From: a virus
Lineage: Duplodnaviria > Caudoviricetes
IMG/VR virus record: IMGVR_UViG_3300025120_000071
Coordinates: 1-53,588 of that record
Reading direction: 5' to 3' (one strand)
DNA length: 53,588 nt
The translations under genes were made by a program, and so were the position numbers. Under the pieces are notes generated by a model that was given only the letters and a program-made list of their open reading frames with translations, did not search any database and was not told the origin of the DNA. Of the stretch, positions 27,451-38,000 are shown one piece after another (position 1 is the first letter of the stretch; each line of letters starts with the position of its first letter).

Positions 27451-29462
27451 TGCCAACACCTAGTGATGAACAACTAAAAGCCAAAGTCGGATCACTTGCC
27501 GAAACTCAAGGCATTCAACATGATGGATTCTTTGATCCAACTGGCCCGTATCCTCGTAGAGAGTACTCTGGCACTCAGCAAACTAACCGTGCTGCACGTG
27601 GTATTGATGAGAATAGGCTAAAGCTTGGTGGCGGTGCAGAGCGTTTAGATCTCGAGATCGATGACTTCCCAGCATCTGAATATACAAAGAATCAAGTAAG
27701 AGAATTTGTATCCGGCCATGTAACAGAATATGATGATACACCTGGCCGTAATCGTATCCTTATCAAACATTCGTCTGGTACCGGTATTGATATGTTACCT
27801 GATGGATCTATTATTATTAACTCTACACGTAATACTATTCGTATTAGTGCTGGTGATGAAAAGGTTATTATCGAAGGTGATGGTGATATACAATATAATG
27901 GTAATCTGAATCTCAGTGTAAAAGGTGATTATACTCTTAAAGTTGGTGGTGACTATAATGTAGAAGTCGGTGCTGACCATGTCGAAGATATTAAAGGTGC
28001 ATACCGTCAAGACATTAATAAGAACTTCCAATCATTAGTAAATAAGAATGTATCACAACAGATTACTGGTAATAAGACAGAGTTTATACACGGTAGCCTT
28101 GATACAATGATTAAGTCAAACGAAACACATATCGTAAGTGGTGCAGTTGACTACAATACAAAAGGTATATTAAGGACTACATCGCAGACTGAAGCAATCC
28201 TTACTTCTCCGAGTATTAATATTGATGCAAAAAGTCTTCTTGTTGCAGGGGACTCAGGCACAATAGGTGGTGAGAACATAGTGATGTACAACTATAACAT
28301 GTATACAGGACATTCAATTACTGCAGGTGATACTGTAACTGTACCAACAGTATATGGTGATCTGCAGGGTACAGCGACTCAAGCTATGAAATCAAACGAA
28401 GCAGGTTATCACCCATCAAGTGGATCACATGCTGGCTCTGGTTATGGCTACTCTGCTTCGTCAACATCGGTAGATGCAAAGGCTACTGTATTACCAACCA
28501 ATACGATTATGAATTCATTGATTCATGAAGGTGAGATGGCGGCTAAGGTGATTAATCTTGATCCGGGCAATGTCCTTTATAATATGATTAATCGAGTTGC
28601 AGACTACGCCGGTGTATCAGAAAGAACACTTGATCTACCAGAAATCAGATCTAAGTTAAGAGATATACTGAATCAAGTTAATGAAACATTTATTGGTGCA
28701 GTTGTTTCAGAAGGTACACTATCGCCTGAATATGGTAATGGTACACCGTCAGAAGTTAAACGAATTGTAAAGAATGATGCTACTCCAAGATATGTAAGAG
28801 GCAAACAGGTTATTGGTAAGAGTGTCGGTGCAGAAGCTAAACGATTCAAAGGAAAAGTACAGAATGTAACCGAAACATTATCTGTAGATCCACAATATGA
28901 TCCTCGCCTATACGATATCGATACTACTACTGAATTACAAAAGGGAGTACGTATTGCACGGTTCCTTGGTAGTTATGGAGATAGAGCTAACTTTGATCAT
29001 GTAACAACTAATGCAGATAGACAAGAAATTGCAAAACATCTTGTACCACATGCAAATCTATTAAGAGAATTTATGGATGATGGTGACTTATTTGAAGATT
29101 ACCGTTTATCTGTCGCAGAGGGGATATATGTTCCATCGAGTGGAGAAACTATTACCACCGATGGTATCAATGATCTCAAGTCACAAGGTCGTGCGGTTGT
29201 TTATGAACTATATGGCCTTAACGGTACGAGTGCACACGAGAAGGCATTTGATCTAGCAACATGGTGGAAAGACAGTTTAAAGTTTGAAAAAATGATACTT
29301 GACTATGATACCTATGATCCAGACGGAGCATTGAATACGCAGATCATTATAATCATGCCAAAGTTTGAAGCAGGCGGTTACACCGCAACTTATAAGAATG
29401 AGATTGAAACTCGATTTAATAATGTAGTACAAAGCACAAATGAACTAATTGAATGTCGCTGA
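27450..29462 (+). CDS. gp5 C-terminal beta-helix spike with an extra C-terminal domain
   Basis: SGHVTEYDDTPG..RI...H.SGT; V.GD 8-residue repeats. Confidence 0.8.
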   Translation: MPTPSDEQLKAKVGSLAETQGIQHDGFFDPTGPYPRREYSGTQQTNRAARGIDENRLKLGGGAERLDLEIDDFPASEYTKNQVREFVSGHVTEYDDTPGRNRILIKHSSGTGIDMLPDGSIIINSTRNTIRISAGDEKVIIEGDGDIQYNGNLNLSVKGDYTLKVGGDYNVEVGADHVEDIKGAYRQDINKNFQSLVNKNVSQQITGNKTEFIHGSLDTMIKSNETHIVSGAVDYNTKGILRTTSQTEAILTSPSINIDAKSLLVAGDSGTIGGENIVMYNYNMYTGHSITAGDTVTVPTVYGDLQGTATQAMKSNEAGYHPSSGSHAGSGYGYSASSTSVDAKATVLPTNTIMNSLIHEGEMAAKVINLDPGNVLYNMINRVADYAGVSERTLDLPEIRSKLRDILNQVNETFIGAVVSEGTLSPEYGNGTPSEVKRIVKNDATPRYVRGKQVIGKSVGAEAKRFKGKVQNVTETLSVDPQYDPRLYDIDTTTELQKGVRIARFLGSYGDRANFDHVTTNADRQEIAKHLVPHANLLREFMDDGDLFEDYRLSVAEGIYVPSSGETITTDGINDLKSQGRAVVYELYGLNGTSAHEKAFDLATWWKDSLKFEKMILDYDTYDPDGALNTQIIIIMPKFEAGGYTATYKNEIETRFNNVVQSTNELIECR

Positions 29463-29469
29463 GTTTCGA

Positions 29470-29477
29470 TATAAATA
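29470..29477 (+). promoter_or_regulatory. T4-type late promoter
   Basis: TATAAATA upstream of gp25. Confidence 0.8.
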
Positions 29478-29495
29478 GGATTACGGAGATTTAAT

Positions 29496-29939
29496 ATGCC
29501 AGTAAAAGCTTTTTCGATTGAAGACGGTAACACCAATATCAAGAGTCTAATTGGAGCTCGTAAAGCTTCATATCTAGATATGGACCTTTCATTTGCGGCA
29601 AAGCCGGCTGGCGATCTATACAAGAAATCAAATGCAGCTGCTGTTAAACAAGCTGTAAAGACTTTATTAATGACAAATCAAATGGAAAAACCGTTTGATA
29701 CATCTTTTGGTGGTAACCTTTCAGACTTTATGTTTGAAACAGATACTGAGATTGATGCTAATGAAATAGCAGATAGAATTATTGAAACCGTACATAGACA
29801 TGAGCCAAGAGCTCGAATATTAGATGTTGATGTTACTCTTAGAGCAAGTACTAATGAGGTAAGAGTTACAGTTACATTTCAGATAGTTGCAACTAGCGAA
29901 GTTGTTGAACTTGAGTTTCCATTAGCAAGGTTAAGATAA
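29496..29939 (+). CDS. 25: Baseplate wedge gp25
   Basis: D.DLSF, AVKQAVK.LLMT...EKPF...FG, EPR. Confidence 0.9.
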   Translation: MPVKAFSIEDGNTNIKSLIGARKASYLDMDLSFAAKPAGDLYKKSNAAAVKQAVKTLLMTNQMEKPFDTSFGGNLSDFMFETDTEIDANEIADRIIETVHRHEPRARILDVDVTLRASTNEVRVTVTFQIVATSEVVELEFPLARLR

Positions 29940-29940
29940 C

Positions 29941-31782
29941 ATGGCAAGTACTATTAAATCTACCGATTTAGACTTTACAAATATTAAACAAAAGCTCAAG
30001 TCTCATTTTCAAAAGAAAACTGAATATAATGATTACGACTTTGAAGCGGCAGGTTTATCTAATTTTCTCGATGTGCTAGCATATAATACACATGTAAATG
30101 CTCTTACCGCAAACTATTCTATGAATGAATCATTTTTGACAACTGCGCAATTAAGAAGTTCAGTTGTATCTCATGCTCAAACACTCGGATATGAAGTTAC
30201 ATCTGCTGCAGCTCCACGTGCAATTGTTAATCTTTCATTGAATCTTACTGGTGTATCAGGTAGGCCAGCACAAATAGCGCTAGCAAAAGGTACCCTTTTT
30301 ACATCTTCAATTGATGGTGTATCATATACATTTAGAACAAGAGAAGCATTCTATGCATTGGATAATGGATCCGGTGTATATAATTTTAAAGCATCTGATG
30401 GCACTGATAATATTAGCATATTCGAAGGCGTAGAAAAAACAAAAACATTTCTTGTAGGTGAAAAAGATGAAAGACAAGTCTATGTTATACCTGACCAAAC
30501 AATGGATAAATCAACAGCTGTAGTTGAAGTATTTGAAACTGCATCATCAAGTACCTTTATAACATATACACCTTTATCACAAGCAATTAATGTAAATGCT
30601 AATACAACTCATTTTTCTATATATGAATCACCTAATGGTTTCTATGAGTTAAACTTTGGTGATGGCATATCATTTGGTAAATCACCAGAACCGGGTGAAA
30701 AGGTTGTAGTAACATATCTATCAACTAAAGCCGAGCTTGCTAATAATGGTACAGTCTTTATTCCAGCAACTACGATTACAATCAACAGTGTTACATATCC
30801 TCTTAATGTTGTAACTGCAACTGAATCAACTGGTGGTGCACCAAAACAAACAGTAGAATCAATTCGACAATTAGCACCTATTGCATTTGCAGCGCAGAAA
30901 AGACTTGTGACATCGCTTGATTATAAAGGTATGATTGAAACAAACTTTCCACAAGTAAAAAATGCTGCAGTCTGGTCAGGAGATCAAAATGTACCTCTTG
31001 ACTATGGTGCAATCTATATTTCACTTAACTTTAAAGCAGGAACATCAGATACAGTAAAACAAAATGTGAAAGATGGCATTATTGGAAACTTTACTAATAA
31101 TCTTTCTGTTATGTCAATGACAACTAAATATACAGATCCTATTGATGTCTTTATGGAAGTTAACGTAGCATTTCAGTTTGATCCGGCACTTACTGGTAAA
31201 ACTCTTGGTGCAATGGAAACAGATATCTATCAATTCTTGCAAACATACTTTGCAGCTAATGTTGAAAACTTTGATACTGTCTTCCGCAAATCTAATTTAG
31301 CTACAGAAATCGATGCACTTGATACTTCTATTTTAAGTTCATCGATTACAGCAAAACCATCATTACGGCAAGATATTACTATTAATGCTCTTAATACATT
31401 TACTTTGAATTATCCAATTAAGATTGCTACACCAGATGATGTATTGCATCGAGTTACATCATCAGCATTTGAATTCAAAGGTGTAGTAGCAACAATTAAA
31501 AATCGTTTGAAGTCAACTGTTTTAGAAATTCAAGACTTAGATGGAAATGTACTGCTTGATAATATTGGTGAATATAACGCTACAGCAGGTACAATTGCAA
31601 TAAATGCATTTGAACCTTCACAAATTATTACTGGACATTCTTATCTTATATTCTCTGTAGTGCCTGAGCAAGATTCTTTTATTAAGCCACTGAGAAATTA
31701 TATACTGAGATTAGATACAGCTAAGTCTTCAGCGACTGCAACCATTGATCGTCAAACCACATCGTTAGAAGTAACCGTGTAA
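29941..31782 (+). CDS. 6: Baseplate wedge gp6
   Basis: LDF..IK..LK, DYDFE..GLS..LDVLAYNTH, NESFL.TAQLRSSVVS, FGDG..GK, Q.RLVT..DY. Confidence 0.92.
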   Translation: MASTIKSTDLDFTNIKQKLKSHFQKKTEYNDYDFEAAGLSNFLDVLAYNTHVNALTANYSMNESFLTTAQLRSSVVSHAQTLGYEVTSAAAPRAIVNLSLNLTGVSGRPAQIALAKGTLFTSSIDGVSYTFRTREAFYALDNGSGVYNFKASDGTDNISIFEGVEKTKTFLVGEKDERQVYVIPDQTMDKSTAVVEVFETASSSTFITYTPLSQAINVNANTTHFSIYESPNGFYELNFGDGISFGKSPEPGEKVVVTYLSTKAELANNGTVFIPATTITINSVTYPLNVVTATESTGGAPKQTVESIRQLAPIAFAAQKRLVTSLDYKGMIETNFPQVKNAAVWSGDQNVPLDYGAIYISLNFKAGTSDTVKQNVKDGIIGNFTNNLSVMSMTTKYTDPIDVFMEVNVAFQFDPALTGKTLGAMETDIYQFLQTYFAANVENFDTVFRKSNLATEIDALDTSILSSSITAKPSLRQDITINALNTFTLNYPIKIATPDDVLHRVTSSAFEFKGVVATIKNRLKSTVLEIQDLDGNVLLDNIGEYNATAGTIAINAFEPSQIITGHSYLIFSVVPEQDSFIKPLRNYILRLDTAKSSATATIDRQTTSLEVTV

Positions 31783-31783
31783 C

Positions 31784-32752
31784 ATGTCATTCGAAACACA
31801 AAAAGATTATTTTAGACTTGCACCGAACTTTAAAACTAGTTTAGTAAAACAAGTACTACCGGAACATTTTGCTGAAGACTATCCAGCACTTGTATCGTTC
31901 TTAGAAGGATACTACGAGTTCCTTGATTCAGATGATAACTTTGGAGGTGCCATCAATGAACTCCTTACAATACGAGATGTACAGGATGCTACTCTTAAAA
32001 ATTTAGATTTTGTGTTTGATGAAATTGCACTTGGTATTTCTTCGGGCCAATTTTTATTTCCAAGAGAAGCATTATTAAACTTTGGAAACTTTTTTAGAGT
32101 CAAAGGATCTTTATACTCAGCCGAAGGATTCTTTCGAGCGTTCTTTAACGAAAACGTAGAAATCATGTATCCTAAAGATAGATTGATGCGAATTGGAGAT
32201 ACATCACAACAAGGTCATATCGGTGCTGAAGCTGATAACCTTTTACAAGATGGTAAAATCTATCAAATTTTTTCTGTATTAATTCGTTCACCTATTTCTC
32301 TTGTTACTTGGGAGACTTTGTATCGTAACTTTGTTCATCCATCAGGTTTTCATCTTGCAGCTGAAACTGTTCTTGAAGGTATTGGCAATGTAACAATCAC
32401 TACAGCTGAATCTATATTTGATCCCTTTGCTAATACCACAAAAGTATATTCTGCGGCCACAATTGAATTCGGTACACCATTTGCCAGTGCTTCTTTACTA
32501 ATACCTGATGATGATGATGCAGATAGTGCATCTCAAAGAATGAATCCATATGTTAAGATGTCGCAATACTCTGCATTCTCAATGGATAGTATTGCATCGA
32601 TGTATAGCAGTATAGATGAATGGGGTGGATACGTTCTTACTATGGATGAAGCAGATTCTACAGGATCTGCAGTTAGATTTGATCATACGCTTAAAACGTT
32701 TGATCAACAGCAATTCCAAACTTATTCTTATGGTTCAACGAGTACTGTCTAG
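31784..32752 (+). CDS. Baseplate wedge gp7-like
   Basis: FL..YYEFL, F...KGS..S...FFR.FF, LQD...YQ.FS, VHPSGF. Confidence 0.75.
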   Translation: MSFETQKDYFRLAPNFKTSLVKQVLPEHFAEDYPALVSFLEGYYEFLDSDDNFGGAINELLTIRDVQDATLKNLDFVFDEIALGISSGQFLFPREALLNFGNFFRVKGSLYSAEGFFRAFFNENVEIMYPKDRLMRIGDTSQQGHIGAEADNLLQDGKIYQIFSVLIRSPISLVTWETLYRNFVHPSGFHLAAETVLEGIGNVTITTAESIFDPFANTTKVYSAATIEFGTPFASASLLIPDDDDADSASQRMNPYVKMSQYSAFSMDSIASMYSSIDEWGGYVLTMDEADSTGSAVRFDHTLKTFDQQQFQTYSYGSTSTV

Positions 32753-32759
32753 AAATCAT

Positions 32760-32767
32760 TATAAATA
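32760..32767 (+). promoter_or_regulatory. T4-type late promoter
   Basis: Intergenic TATAAATA. Confidence 0.8.
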
Positions 32768-32793
32768 ACACTAATTAGATTGTAGGATATAAA

Positions 32794-33654
32794 ATGGCAC
32801 AACAAAATGTTAATGTAGGAGCAAGCGGTAACGACGGAACCGGCGATGATCTGCGAACTGCTGGTAATAAGATAAACAATAACTTCTCTGAAGTATATGG
32901 AGATATTAGTGTTTTACAAGCTACTGCTGGTATTGGTGGAAGTGGACTATCATTTGATAGTGGCGGCATTCGATTTGAAGGATCTACTGCAGATTCACAC
33001 GAAACATTACTTTTAGCATCTGATCCTACATCAGACAATACATTATTATTGCCGGATAGTTCAGGCACAATTGCAACAGTATCTCGTATTACACAGATTG
33101 TTGATAGTGCTTATGTGTCATTCATTACAGGAACAGCATTTGATTCAGCATCAACTATTACATTAATAAGAAATAATTCAGTTGACTCTGTACATGCATT
33201 ATTATTAATTGATAGTGCTTATATTCAGTTTAGACAATTAACATCTACATTTGATTCGAATGAAGTAACAGATATTGTAGATAGTAGTTACGTAAAAGCA
33301 TTTGCTGATAGTGCATATGTTAAAGGATTTATTGATTCAAGTCATGTGCATTCAGTAGTCAATATTCTTGATTCTGCTGCAGTATTATCAATTGCAGATT
33401 CATCACAACTCGATTCATCTGACATTATTCAAATGATTGACTCATCTTATACTCAAACAAGAGTGGATGTAGTTAATCTAAGGAACTATACAGTAGCTTC
33501 GGCTCCTAATACTCCACCTCATGGTACTTTGATATTCTGCACCAACGGAAACTCCGGTGCACAATGCTTAGCTGTTTATGATAGTAATGGTGATAGTGCC
33601 GCCGGCCCAGGATATTTTAGACGTATTGCACTTGGTGCAGAGATTAGTACATAA
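32794..33654 (+). CDS. gp9/gp10-like baseplate fibre connector with Asp-Ser repeats
   Basis: Q.VNVG...NDGTGD.LR.AG.KIN.NF.EVY N-terminus; (I/V)DS(A/S)YV repeats. Confidence 0.75.
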   Translation: MAQQNVNVGASGNDGTGDDLRTAGNKINNNFSEVYGDISVLQATAGIGGSGLSFDSGGIRFEGSTADSHETLLLASDPTSDNTLLLPDSSGTIATVSRITQIVDSAYVSFITGTAFDSASTITLIRNNSVDSVHALLLIDSAYIQFRQLTSTFDSNEVTDIVDSSYVKAFADSAYVKGFIDSSHVHSVVNILDSAAVLSIADSSQLDSSDIIQMIDSSYTQTRVDVVNLRNYTVASAPNTPPHGTLIFCTNGNSGAQCLAVYDSNGDSAAGPGYFRRIALGAEIST

Positions 33655-33664
33655 GGATTAGAAA

Positions 33665-35017
33665 ATGCCAGCAGTTGTAACAGATGCCCTTAAACGACAA
33701 ATTGCCTCAGACTTTTTTGAGCAATTTACGAGTGATTCAAAAAAGTATTATATTGGTGTAGGTAGATCCGAGCAATGGGATTCTTCAGATACTGTACCGA
33801 CACCAGTTAATACTCCTACAGAGATAAGTGGTTTTAGAGATGGAATGCAATCAGTTAAGAAAGTAACTGGTACTTCATTAGTTGTTCCTCGTAATAACTG
33901 GTCTTCGGGTGCTATTTATTCTCAATACGATGATCAACAGGGTGGTTATCCAACTAATCCATATTATGTTATGACAGATAATAATCAAGTTTATGTTTGT
34001 CTTGAAACCGGTCGTAATATTCTTGGTGTTGCTCAACCATCAACTATTGAGCCAACTGGATCAAATAATGATTCATTTAGAACTGCTGATGGCTATGTTT
34101 GGAAGTTTATTTTTACTATATCTGCCGAACGTGGCAATGACTTTATGTCTTCTAACTTTATGCCAGTTCAACTTCAAGGCATTACGGATTCAAACTCCAC
34201 CGGTATTCAGTTAAAGCAAAAAGAAATTCAAGATAATGCTGTTGCAGGTCAAGTTTTATCATGCATTATTACAAATGGAGGAGCTAGTTATACTTCTAAT
34301 CCTACAGTAACTATAACAGGTACTGGTTCAGGTGCGCTTGTGGATGCAGCGATTGACTCATCAACTGGACAACTCGTAAGACTTCGCATGCGAGATTCTG
34401 GTGCTTCAGCACAGGTCTTAGGATCTGGTTATACAAGTGCTAATGTAGTAATTACTGGAGGTGGATCACCTACATTAAATGCATCTGCTCGAGCAGTGCT
34501 TGGTCCGGACTCTGGTATTGGCAGAGATTCAAGAGAAGATCTTAAGTCAACTTCAATTATGTTCCATGCTCCATTGCTTGGAACTGATAGTGATTTTATT
34601 ACTGATCAAGATTTTAGACAAGTTGGATTGGTAAGAGATCCTCTTACGCCAACCGGTGTAGTATTTAATGATACAACTGGCAATGCTCTTTATAATATGT
34701 CGCTTTCTTCTATTGTTACATCTTTTACTAAAGATAAAACAATACAAGGTCAAACATCTACAGCAAAAGCTTATATAGATAATATTGATTCAAATAGATT
34801 ATATTATCATCAAACAACTGCAACTGGATTTGGTACATTTGTATCAGGTGAAACAGTAGAAGAAGTTGATGGTGCAGGTGAAGGAGTGATTGATTCAGGT
34901 GCTGCTTTACCAGAAGTTGATCCAGAAAGTGGAGCAATTCTGTTTATCGATAATCGTTCTCCGGTAGTTCGAACTGCTGCTCAAAACGAAGACATTAAAG
35001 TTATTATCCAATTCTAA
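33665..35017 (+). CDS. 8: Baseplate wedge gp8
   Basis: VVPR.NW.SG..Y..Y, VY.CL, S..EPT, DGYVWKF, FRQVGLV.DP, Q.EDIKVIIQF. Confidence 0.88.
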   Translation: MPAVVTDALKRQIASDFFEQFTSDSKKYYIGVGRSEQWDSSDTVPTPVNTPTEISGFRDGMQSVKKVTGTSLVVPRNNWSSGAIYSQYDDQQGGYPTNPYYVMTDNNQVYVCLETGRNILGVAQPSTIEPTGSNNDSFRTADGYVWKFIFTISAERGNDFMSSNFMPVQLQGITDSNSTGIQLKQKEIQDNAVAGQVLSCIITNGGASYTSNPTVTITGTGSGALVDAAIDSSTGQLVRLRMRDSGASAQVLGSGYTSANVVITGGGSPTLNASARAVLGPDSGIGRDSREDLKSTSIMFHAPLLGTDSDFITDQDFRQVGLVRDPLTPTGVVFNDTTGNALYNMSLSSIVTSFTKDKTIQGQTSTAKAYIDNIDSNRLYYHQTTATGFGTFVSGETVEEVDGAGEGVIDSGAALPEVDPESGAILFIDNRSPVVRTAAQNEDIKVIIQF

Positions 35018-35028
35018 AGGTATAAAAA

Positions 35029-38000
35029 ATGGCAATCACCCTCAGTAATACTATATTCCCATCTAAATATAAAGATGACTTTGCCGATAGTGATGGGTAT
35101 TATCGCATGCTATTTAATAGCGGTAGATCGTTGCAAGCTCGTGAACTTACACAGATGCAAACAATACTGCAAAGGCAGATTGAAAGACTAGGTTCTCATA
35201 CATTTAAAGAAGGCTCTGTAGTAAAGCCAGCAGAACAGATTCTTAATAACGCTTATGAGTTTGTAAAACTAGATCCTACATCAAATGCACTGGGTACTAC
35301 TGGAATAGTGGGTACAACATTTACTGGCCAAACATCTGGAGTTACAGCTCGAGCAATTGAGGGTGTTCAAGCAACTGGCTCTGATCCGGATACTATTTAC
35401 TTTGCATATACAAATGCCCCGTCTTCGCAATCTGGTACAACTACAGTAAGGTTTACTCCTGGTGAAGTAATAACAAATGGATCTGCTGTTCTTACAATAC
35501 AAATTACAAATACAGTTGCAAATCCTGCAGTTGGTCGTGGAACTCGATTATCGCTTGGATCCGGTATTTACTATGTTCAAGGTTATTTTGTATTTACCGA
35601 AGCACAGTCTACAATTGTTTCAAAGTATACTGATACTCCTACAGAAACTATTGGTTTTACTATTAATGAAAAAATTATTGATGTAGATGATGATGACGGA
35701 CTATACGATAATCAAGGCGCTACTCCAAACGTTTCTGCGCCTGGAGCAGATCGTTATCAAATTAAACTTTCATTAACAACTGAAACAGCAGCAGATGCTA
35801 CTCTTAATTTTATGCCAATCTTGAATATTCAAGATGGTGTTGTATATCGAAGCACAGATGAAAATAATACGTATAATATTATTGGTGATGTAGTTGCTAC
35901 AAGAATTAAAGAAAACTCTGGTAACTATCTAGTTAAAAGATTTAAAGTCGATATCAGCGAAGATTCTGATAAAGATCATCTTCTTTTAAATGTAAGTGAT
36001 GGTATCGCAGTTATTGATGGTTATCGCGCGGCTAAATATGCACCTACTGTAATTCGAATGGATAAGCCTGCAACAATCGATGAAATACAAAATGAAGTAA
36101 CAGTTGCTAATTATGGTAATTATGTTTTAGTTGACGCTACTATGGGTACAAATAATACAAAAGGTTTGCCCGGAATCAATACATTTGAAAAGTTTAACTT
36201 AAGAAATGCTGGTGGACACGCTGGATCTACAATTGGTACTTGTAGAATAAGAGCTGTATCAGAAGATACAGGAACTTTTATGAGATATTATTTATTTGAT
36301 ATTCAAATGTTGCCGGGGCAAAATTTTAGAAACACCGTGTCAATTGGCACTTCGGTTAATGATTATATTAATTTACATAGACCACTAGGTAAAGCAATAT
36401 TGAATGATGTTTTCCAAAATAATGCTCTTTTTCAATTGCCAGAATTAAGACCACAATCTGTTGATGATATATCTCTTACAGCTCAACGCAGATTTTCAGT
36501 TACAACTGATGGAACTGGAAATGCATCACTTTCGCTATCAGCTACTGGTGAAACATTTGCAAATGTAGGCGATTGGTTTTTTGCTAAAGCAGATAGCGAT
36601 GTCTTTACAGGAACTGTAAGTAATACTGGTGCAGGAGCAGCTGCAGCAAACTTAGGTGGATTACCTGCAAGTTCTACAATTGAAGTTCTTGGATATGTTA
36701 AAAAAGGAAAAGCTTCAGTAAGAAACAAAACACTGAATGAAACAACTGTTACAGCTTCAGTGGTAAATGGCGAACTACTTCTTGGTAAAGCAGATATTTT
36801 TGAAGTAACTCGTATTCGCGAAAACGATTCTGATGGTAGAGATTTTACTAATAAATTTATACTAGATAATGGCCAAAGAGATAATCATTACCGGAACGGT
36901 AGATTAAATCTAAATCAAGGTGTTGCAACACCAAGTAGTCCTGTATTTGTAAGATTTAAATATTTTACTCACGGAGTAAACGGTGACTTTTTTGCAGTTA
37001 ATTCATACATTGGTCAAGTAGATTACGATAAGATTTCGAGTCATACTCTATTAACTGGAGAAACTATAAACTTAAGAAGAGCTCTTGATTTTAGATCTGT
37101 AATGGATGCTGATAGCGACTTTGTTAATTCTGGTACCGGTGCACGAATTAATGAGCTTCCTCAAGTAAATGATACAATTCAAACCGATACAAACTATTAT
37201 TTACATAGAGGTTCAATACTTACAATTAATACAGAAGGAAACTTAGTATTAATTGATGGCCAAGATGCTTTTTCACCTAAGCTTCCACCACTGCCAATTA
37301 ATTCATTACCTTTGTATAACATTTTCTTAGGTGGCAACACTCTTAACGATTCAGATAATATAATTCAAAAGATCGATCATCGTAGATATACTATGAAAGA
37401 TATCGCCGAACTTGAAAAACGCGTTGATAAAATTGAAGAACAAACTGCATTGAATCTTTTAGAAATTGATACTAAAAACTTTAAGGTATTAGATTCTGCT
37501 GGCTTAGATAGAACAAAGTCTGGTTTCTTTGTTGATAACTTTTCAACACAATCATTTTCAGCATTTAATTCAACAGATTACAGGGCATCAATTGATCCTT
37601 TATTAAATCAACTACATCCAGCTTTTACTGAAGACAATGTTCGGATGATATACGATTCAGCAGCTTCGTCTGGTGTTATTCGCAAAGGCGATAACATTTA
37701 TATGACACATAGTTCTGTACCTTATATTAGTCAAACTAAAGCTTCAAGGGGAGTAAAACTAAATCCATTTGAAGCAGTCATCTATCATGGTGATATTGAT
37801 CTTTCTCCATCATCTGATGAGTGGAGAGAAACACAAATTAGAACTAAAAAAATTATGAATGGTGGAAGTAAACTTAATACTACGCAGGCATATTTATGGA
37901 ATAACTGGCAATGGAACTGGGGTGGAACTTCAATTAATGATTTAGCAGTAGGTTCTACTACTAATACAAAAACAACTACTACTAGTGCTAAAATTACTTC

